Part shown: positions 54,945 through 62,579 of the stretch, in pieces | How the letters are laid out: each line of letters opens with the position of its first letter | Position numbering within the stretch: the stretch's first letter is position 1 | Source of the DNA: Octopus bimaculoides | Lineage: Eukaryota | Direction: 5' to 3' | Length of the DNA: 62,579 nucleotides | Assembly (NCBI RefSeq): GCF_001194135.2 | Contig: NC_068993.1 | Span: forward strand, 43,467,963 to 43,530,541 | Made by a program: the position numbers and the translations under genes | The notes under the pieces: generated by a model | What the model saw: the letters and a program-made list of their open reading frames with translations, nothing else | Told to the model about the DNA's origin: nothing | Databases searched by the model: none

Positions 54945-55150
54945 AATGTTCTTTTATTTGTTTCGCTCATTTGACTGCAGCCATGCTGGAGCACTGCCTT
55001 TAGTCAAACAAATCGACCCAAGGGCTTACTCTTTGTAAGCCTAGTACTTATTCTATTGGCCTCTTTTGCCAAACTGCTAAGTTACGGGGACGTAAACATA
55101 CCAACATCAGTTGTCAAGTAATGGTGTAGGGCAAACACAGACACACAAAT
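54945..55150 (-). mobile_element. SINE family A, 3' half
   Basis: Reverse complement of 7790-7990. Confidence 0.85.
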
Positions 55151-55199
55151 ACATATATATATATATAAGTTCAAAAAAAGGAAAAAGACAAAAAACAAT

Positions 55200-55360
55200 A
55201 ACAAAAAACAACAACATGAGGACATGATACAGATAGTGTTACTAGATGCTCNNNNNNNNNNACAACAACATGAGGACATGATACAGATAGTGTTACTAGA
55301 TGCTCGGGAAAGGAAAGAGAGAGAGTATGACGTTTCGAGCGGAGCTCTTCGTCGGAAACA
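55200..55360 (-). mobile_element. Penelope-like terminal repeat with a hammerhead-like core
   Basis: Minus strand ccgacgaagagctccgctcgaaacgtc. Confidence 0.5.
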
Positions 55361-55396
55361 TATATATATATATGATAGGTTTCTTTCAGTTTCCGT

Positions 55397-55730
55397 AATC
55401 ATCTGTCATTTCTTCTGTTAACTTTTTGATCTTGGGCAGTTTTCCTCATTTGAGAAAAACCAAATCAAATCTTCTGCTGCTGAATTTTTCAGTTTGTTTA
55501 AGCGCCTTTTAGATCTTATGTAGTGATTTTCTTTTGCTTTTTCTGACAAATTGACTTTTCCTCGTCATATAAGACTTATATCTGATATCTTCGTGGACAA
55601 CATTTCTGACTGTCCCTTCTTACACACGAAGATCTTTTGCAATTGACTTCATGGACTTTCTGGGATTGTAATCAATGGTATGTGTGAAATTGTTGGATAA
55701 ATTTCAGGTGTTCTGACAATTTCACACACA
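55397..55730 (-). mobile_element. IS630-Tc1-mariner (maT-like) transposase remnant, with stops and frameshifts
   Basis: NPRKSMKSIAKDLRV*EGTVRNVVHEDIRYKSY ... RLNKLK ... LIWFFSNE ... QDQKVNRRNDR. Confidence 0.8.
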
Positions 55731-55924
55731 ATCTCACACACACACATTTGGTTTATGTAACCTGATGCTGACCAAAGTTAAACAGAGTAGAAAGTACACA
55801 GTACTAGAAAATCATTTTGGGTGTTAGAAAGGGGAGTGAAAGGTCTTGATTTAGTTACACCTTAATTTTTTATTATTCTTTTTTTTTTTTTAAGAGAAAT
55901 TTGCTCTCAAGAGTTTCTGTCTTT

Positions 55925-56555
55925 TATTCTTTTACCGGTTTCAATCATTGGACTGTGGCCATACTGTGACATTGACTTCAAAAGTATTAGCTGATGATAT
56001 GGCCCTCTTTCCTCGTTAATTATTACAGTCTTTTACTTTGCCGTCTCTGTCAAACTACTAAGTTACAGGATATTAAATCCAATAGACACAGTGAAAACAA
56101 CAGCACCAGTTTGTAGTCCACTGTAAACATAGACACAAACATTGACAAACATGTATGTGTATGTGTTTTTATATGTGTATATATATATTCCTTTATTCTT
56201 TTACTTGTTTCTGTTATTTGACTGTGCCCATGCTGGAGCACTGTTTTGACCCCAGCCAGGACTTATTTCTTATGCCTAGTACTTATTTTATTGATCTCTT
56301 TTGCCGAACTGCTAAGTTATGGAGTTGTAAGCACACCAACACCGATTGTCAAGTGGTGATGGGGGGGGGGGGGAACAGGCATAAAGACACACACACACAT
56401 ATATATGACAGGCTTCTTTCAGTTTCCATCTTCCAAATCCACTCACAAGGCTTTGGTTAGCCCAAGGCTGTAGTAGAAGACACTTGCCCAAGGTGCCATG
56501 CAGTGGAACTGAACCTGAAACCATGTTGTTAGGAAGCAAGCATCTTACCACACAG
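55925..56555 (-). mobile_element. SINE family A: a partial copy plus a full copy
   Basis: Reverse-complement matches to the head and tail of 7589-7995. Confidence 0.8.
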
Positions 56556-57849
56556 TCAGGTGGTATAAGTGGTGAATATTTATTTATTTAACCACATGAC
56601 TTCCATAGGGTTACAGCTGTTTCACAACCTTCTTCATGTAGTATTAATTTTAGTATGCAAGAAACATGTGTACATGTTTGCATTGATATGTGCTTTTAGT
56701 ATTATGCAATACAATTGTATATTCACAAATCAATGCAAATAAAAAAAGTTACATCAACAATTCAACTCTAAATATACACACAAAATTCACTCTTTATATA
56801 CACAATGTATGGAATGCCGGAACTGAATAAAACTGTATGTGTATGTAAGTATATGGAAGAAAGAGACTGAGAATGATAATAATAATGATGAGGAGTTTCT
56901 ATAGTTTGCATCTATGAAATTCTAGTCACAAGGCATCGTCAACAGGGGGATACACTAGAAGACACTTGCCCAAAGTGCCACACAGGGGAACTGAAACTGA
57001 GACTAAATGAATCAGAAGTGAACTCCTTCACCGCACAGCTACATCTGCACCTATAATTGTGTGTAATCAATGAATTATTTAACCCAGAAGCTGTTGACTT
57101 GTCATTTTATTGATCTCAGATGGACAAAAGTTTTAATTAACCGAGATAAAATTCTAATTCAAAAGCATGATGCACCGAGTAAGTTGGTGTATATTTATGA
57201 GTGGCTATTCAATTGTTTGTATGATATTGTAGTATTTCTTGTATGACCCCTTAAACTTAAAAAATTCTCCCAAGAATGAAATATGTATCCAAAAATAGAT
57301 ACCTTTTTATTTCACACACACACACACACACTCTTTCTCTCTCTCTCGCCTTCTCTGTTCACTCACACACACCCACTATCTCTCACACACACACACACAC
57401 CCTCCCTCTCTCACACACACCCTCCCTCTCTCACACACACCCACTCCCTCTCACACACACTCACATGCATTCTCATAGACACACACATGCATATACACTC
57501 TCACACATACACAGAGATGAAATAAACGGTCGAGCAACAGATATCTGTAGTTTTTACTATAACCTAGCATCATGGTCACCTATAATCGGATCCACTCTGT
57601 TGCAAGCATTTGGATTAAGTCTCTGGTTTGAGGATACCTTCATGCCTTCCTCTCACTAGCATACTGGGCAAAATGCTTGGCAGCATTTCATCCATGCTTT
57701 CATTCTGAGTTCAAATTCCACTGAGGTCAACGATGCCTTTCGTTCTTTCAGGGTTGAGAAAATAAGTACCAGTCAAGCACTGGGGTTAATGTAATCAACT
57801 CTCTCAAAATTTCAACCCTTGTTTGTATGGTAGAAAGGATTATTAATAC

Positions 57850-57895
<46 letters not shown>

Positions 57896-58045
57896 ACACC
57901 AGACAAAATGCTTAGTGGTGTTTCTTTTAGCTTTTTACTTTCTGAGTTCAATTCCTGCAACTTTGCCTTTCATTCATTCAAGGGTCAATAAAATAAGTTC
58001 TAGTCAAGTACTGGGCCAAAATTTGAAACCATTATTACAATTACT

Positions 58046-58046
58046 T

Positions 58047-58120
<74 letters not shown>
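58046..58120. repeat. Compound (GTA)n(GTC)n microsatellite
   Basis: Direct run. Confidence 0.95.
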
Positions 58121-58121
<1 letters not shown>

Positions 58122-58440
58122 CCACCACTTTCAAGTTAACTTGTTATCTACCCAGAATATCTAAAATAGGATTTTAATATTACATGAACAGGGAGCAGGG
58201 GAACTTATATTTTATCATTTACTCACCAAGATGCTTACTTAATATCACCATCATCATCATCATCATCACCACCATCATCATCAAGCAATAATATTATATT
58301 AGAATAACAGAATGTCAGAAGGGGAATTCTATTCCATTTCATCAGTGATCTTAACTCTGATAAAAAAAAGATCAGAATTAAGCCTAATTTTCTCCTTAAA
58401 ACCACAAGTGACATATCTAACCTTAATTGTTGTTATTGCT

Positions 58441-58508
58441 TTCTTTTCTTTTCCTTTTTCTTTCTTTTCTTTTCCTTTTTCTTTCTTTTCTTTTCCTTTT
58501 TCTTTCTT
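58441..58508. repeat. 21-bp polypyrimidine minisatellite, 3 copies
   Basis: ttcttttcttttcctttttct repeated. Confidence 0.85.
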
Positions 58509-58844
58509 TCTTAATTACCTTACTTTAACACCCCTATCACTTCAGCTATTATCAGTTTATTTCTCCTAAATTGTTGTTAGATTCAATATTTATTTCTCTT
58601 TTACTTGTTTTTCTATCGTTTATTTATTCATTTGTTGCTTCTTTTAGTGAATCCTTTTAACTTGGTAAATGAAGCACTAGCACATTACAACTTTATCTAT
58701 TAAACTGTCTACAAGCCAGCCCCCCTGTCACTTTATATTATATTCATATGGTTATTTATATATGCATATGTACATTTATATATCCCCATCATATACCACC
58801 ACCACCATCATCATCATCATGTTCTATGCTGGCACACAGACACA

Positions 58845-59066
58845 TGAGGGGATGCTGAAAAGTTCCTGGCCTTAGGTAAAAGAAAATACAGGGAGGATCA
58901 GTTAATTATGATTTTATTCAACATATTCCCCTCTCAGGTTCTCACACTTACTGCAGCAGTCAGTCCTTTAGTTTTTCTAAGCCCTGTAAAAGAACTCAGA
59001 ATGTTGGGCCTCCAACTACGCCTTTCACAATACCCTTAAAGCCAGGAACTTTGCAACCCCCCCCCA
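58845..59066. mobile_element. Mariner-like MITE, ~220 bp
   Basis: TIRs tgaggggatgctgaaaagttcctggc and gccaggaactttgcaacccccc. Confidence 0.8.
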
Positions 59067-59099
59067 CCTTGTGTTTGTGTGTGTGTGTGTGTGTGTATA

Positions 59100-59226
59100 C
59101 AGTAGTACCTCAGTTTTCAAACACCTAATCACAAATAAATTGTGCTTTATCTCCTGTCTTTCTCATATTCATTTAATACAGTAGCACCTCAGTTTATGAA
59201 CACCTCTGATCACAAATAAATCATGC

Positions 59227-59298
<72 letters not shown>

Positions 59299-59348
59299 GA
59301 GCACGATTTATTCGTGATCAGAGGTGTTCATAAACTGAGGTACTACTG
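59100..59348. mobile_element. pogo/Tigger-like MITE (59179-59348) plus an extra TIR copy at 59100
   Basis: 49-bp TIRs starting cagtag after TA, with 3 mismatches between arms; the interior is only microsatellite. Confidence 0.8.
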
Positions 59349-59478
59349 TGTATATATATATTCTATATATTAATAAGCTTAGACATTACTCAAAAGCAAA
59401 TAGGATTTTCTAGCTTGTTTGAAACTTTTTCGAGTTATTTTCAGTGCCTGTGCAGTCACAAACTGAAAGAAGCCCATC

Positions 59479-59527
<49 letters not shown>

Positions 59528-60016
59528 TTTGATACTGTGTTTGTCCTCTCATCACCACTTGACAACCAGTGTTGGTATGTTTACCTCCCTGTAACCTAAT
59601 GGGTCAGCAAAAGAGACTAATAGAGTAAGTGCTATACTTAAAAAAAAAGCCATGGCGTCAATTTTTGTTAGACTAAAACCCTTCAAAGTGGTGCCCATGC
59701 ATGGCTACAGTCAAATGACCAAAACAAGTAAAAGAATAAAAGACTATGTATATATCATGAGATTTTGATTCCCAGACCAAATAATGCATTGTGTTCTTGA
59801 GCAAGACGTTCCATTTCATGTTACACTTCAATCACTTCAACATCTGATGTCGTGCAGTGTTAATTTGATGGAGAGAGTGTGCTAATGGACAGCACAAACC
59901 TTTGATCATGATAAACAAATAATCTGTGCAGGATGCTCAACAAGAAGTTGTGGAATAGTCTTTCTCAAACTCAAGAGACTATCCACAACATTATATATTG
60001 ATAAATAGGTAGGAAG

Positions 60017-60047
<31 letters not shown>

Positions 60048-60147
60048 NNNNNNNNNNNNNNNNNNNNNNNNNNNNNNNNNNNNNNNNNNNNNNNNNNNNN
60101 NNNNNNNNNNNNNNNNNNNNNNNNNNNNNNNNNNNNNNNNNNNNNNN

Positions 60148-60193
<46 letters not shown>

Positions 60194-60575
60194 CATACAC
60201 TCATGCATGTATTATATATGTGCGTGTGTATATACATATGTGTGGTCCCACCCATGCTAGCATGGAAGACGGACATTAAACAATGATGATGTGAGTGTGT
60301 GTGTGTCTGTGTGCATTGTCATTATTACTATCATGTCATGTCTGCTTTCCATGGTGACTGGCATGGGTTGGATAGGGCATTGAATCCATGCCAATCCTAT
60401 TTGCAATTATTGTACAACTCGAAGATGGATCAGGGACCAAATTTTGATCATATGTTCTATTTTTGCCATTGTTTCTATGGGTAGATTCCATTCCTCACAC
60501 CAACCATTTTATTGAGTGGAATGGGTGCATTTTGTCTTGCCATGCCACTGATTCATATATGTATAAATGTGTATG

Positions 60576-60617
<42 letters not shown>

Positions 60618-60873
60618 CAATTTTGAAGGCATTACTCCAACAAACGTTTGGCTGTAATGGCTACTATGTGTGTGATATATATATGTATGTATATATATAT
60701 ATATACACATATGTATGTCTATATATGTGTGTGTATATTTATATGTACATACATTTGTGTATGTACATTTATACATATATATTGAAATGCATTCATCCAC
60801 ACATGTATGTATATGTGTGAATACACACACACATTCCTATGTTTTTGTTGGTGTATGTATACATGAGTGCATA

Positions 60874-60905
<32 letters not shown>

Positions 60906-62094
60906 CATGTGTGTGTGTTTGTGTGTGTTAGAAGGAAAACATAATTTTGCAAATTTCTACATATTTTTCATTTATTTTCTTCTTTGCCGTTTTATATTTA
61001 TTTTTTTAAATATTTCAGTTAATATTCGAAATATTTATTTTTATTCCTATTCTTAGACGCTTTTCTTCGAAAATATATTTCATCTTTTAGTTTTAAATTC
61101 AATTTAAACTTTAGGTGTGCAAATTATTCTCATGTCTTTGATATATTGGCAGCCGTAACATTTTTATGACTATCTCCAAAGTATTTTTCCTGAAAGTCAT
61201 TTAATTTTATTGCTTCAATTTCTTTTTATTAAATACTTTGTTCAATAAAGACCATCAGAATATATTTTTATAAGTTTCTACTTTATTTCCTTGGTTGTTT
61301 GTCATAGCAGTTGTTGTTTTTGTTGGTTGTTAGTTCAGTTGTCCAAATGTTTTGGGTTGTTATTTTGTTAGTTTTGTTATTGTTCTTGTTGTTGTTGTTG
61401 TTGTTAGTTGATCATGTTTTTGGTCAATTTTGTTATTGTTTGTTGTTGTTGTCATCATTGTTTCTATCGTTATTACCCTTGCCATTGTAGTTGTCATTGT
61501 TTTTTTTTTGCTTAGCCCCTGGTCAACCCTGGCTGAGCAGACCCATGATCAAAGGTGTTCCAACCATGACCATCTATGTCTCTCTTTTCTTTCCTTCTGG
61601 GGTCAATCCCACTGCATGCCACCTTAAGCAAGTGCCTTCTATTATAGCCCCAGGCCAAACCATACCATATGAATATATTTGATAGATAAAAACTGTGTAG
61701 AAGCCCATTATGTGTTGTGTGTTAATCTGTGCATGTATGTGCGTGTATATATATATATATATATATAGAAGCAAATGAAAGGCAGAAGATGGAATATATG
61801 AGAATTTATTAATCATGGCAATTGTTTCAACACATCTAACATTAATCCCTCATGGGTGGGACAACTGGTTCAGAAGCATCCGGCAGTGCGAATGTATCTC
61901 ATCGGGTGATAAATAGGCACAACTCATTATAATAACAGTTCTGCAATGTAACTTCTCATTTTGTAGAAAGAAAAACAGCCAGATGGAGGAAATATTTTAA
62001 TGTACATACGTAGAAGATCAAAAATAAAATCACAGACGGGAAAAAGAGAAACGAACACACAATACAGCGAGGAAAATATCATGAGATATATACA

Positions 62095-62380
62095 TTCACG
62101 AATGTAGCAGAGTGAATGATGGGATCACTGGGTAACAAAAGCACAAATTCCGCTAAGTCAGACATGTTGCAAGGTTCACAGACAACAGGTGGACCTGTGC
62201 AGTTTCCAAGTGGTATTCAAGAGATCGGAAAATGTGACTTGGAAGGCCTCCACAACAATGGGAAGACGATTTAGTTAAGCAATTTGTGTCAAGATGAAAT
62301 ACAATGACAGCATTGAGACAAAACCAGAAGCGAATTGTGACCAGCAGTATATAACAGCATTTGATGGTCCAGTCAATACT
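62095..62380 (+). mobile_element. RTE LINE ORF2 C-terminal remnant
   Basis: HVARFTDNRWTCAV..WYSRDRK..GRPPQQWEDDL motif. Confidence 0.8.
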
Positions 62381-62579
62381 GTAATATATATATATATATA
62401 TATCTTCTCAAAATGTATTACTTTAACTTGATATCTCTACCTGTAAAACGGCTGTGACATCTTGTTTTTTAGTGTAATTTTGCTACCTCTGGTAACTATT
62501 AACGTATTTAAATTATCGAAAGTTTTAATAACTGAGATAATATTAATATATACATAAACTAATATATATATATATATAT

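Noticed and set aside
55210-55305. 42-bp direct repeat flanking a 10-N gap
   Set aside because: Same overlap artefact pattern, so it is not evidence of a tandem hammerhead dimer.

Overview
This is AT-rich, CpG-depleted animal genomic DNA from a draft scaffold, with 12 N-gaps and dense (CA)n, (TA)n, (ATT)n and (CAT)n microsatellites. The repeat families resemble those I recall from octopus, so a cephalopod origin is inferred but not proven. Most of the window is decayed mobile DNA: at least three tRNA-headed SINE families, RTE and CR1-clade LINE 3' ends, Tc1, mariner and maT-like transposase remnants, two TTAA-flanked piggyBac-like MITE families, mariner and pogo MITEs, a Helentron-like element and Penelope-like termini. 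There is also a 5S rRNA pseudogene. No complete protein-coding gene can be read. Several short candidate exons have good splice signals on both strands, and there is a possible promoter and first exon near 53 kb, but I cannot assign them to a known protein. Nearly all long ORFs in the supplied track are microsatellite, gap or SINE artefacts. No prokaryotic-type system (CRISPR, operon, phage) is present. The most unusual local features are a 100-bp fold-back of a mariner coding segment, a hammerhead-like motif with a palindromic helix III, a near-perfect MITE/microsatellite palindrome, a degenerate 70-80-bp tandem repeat and a cluster of small inverted and direct duplications at 36.2-37.0 kb.
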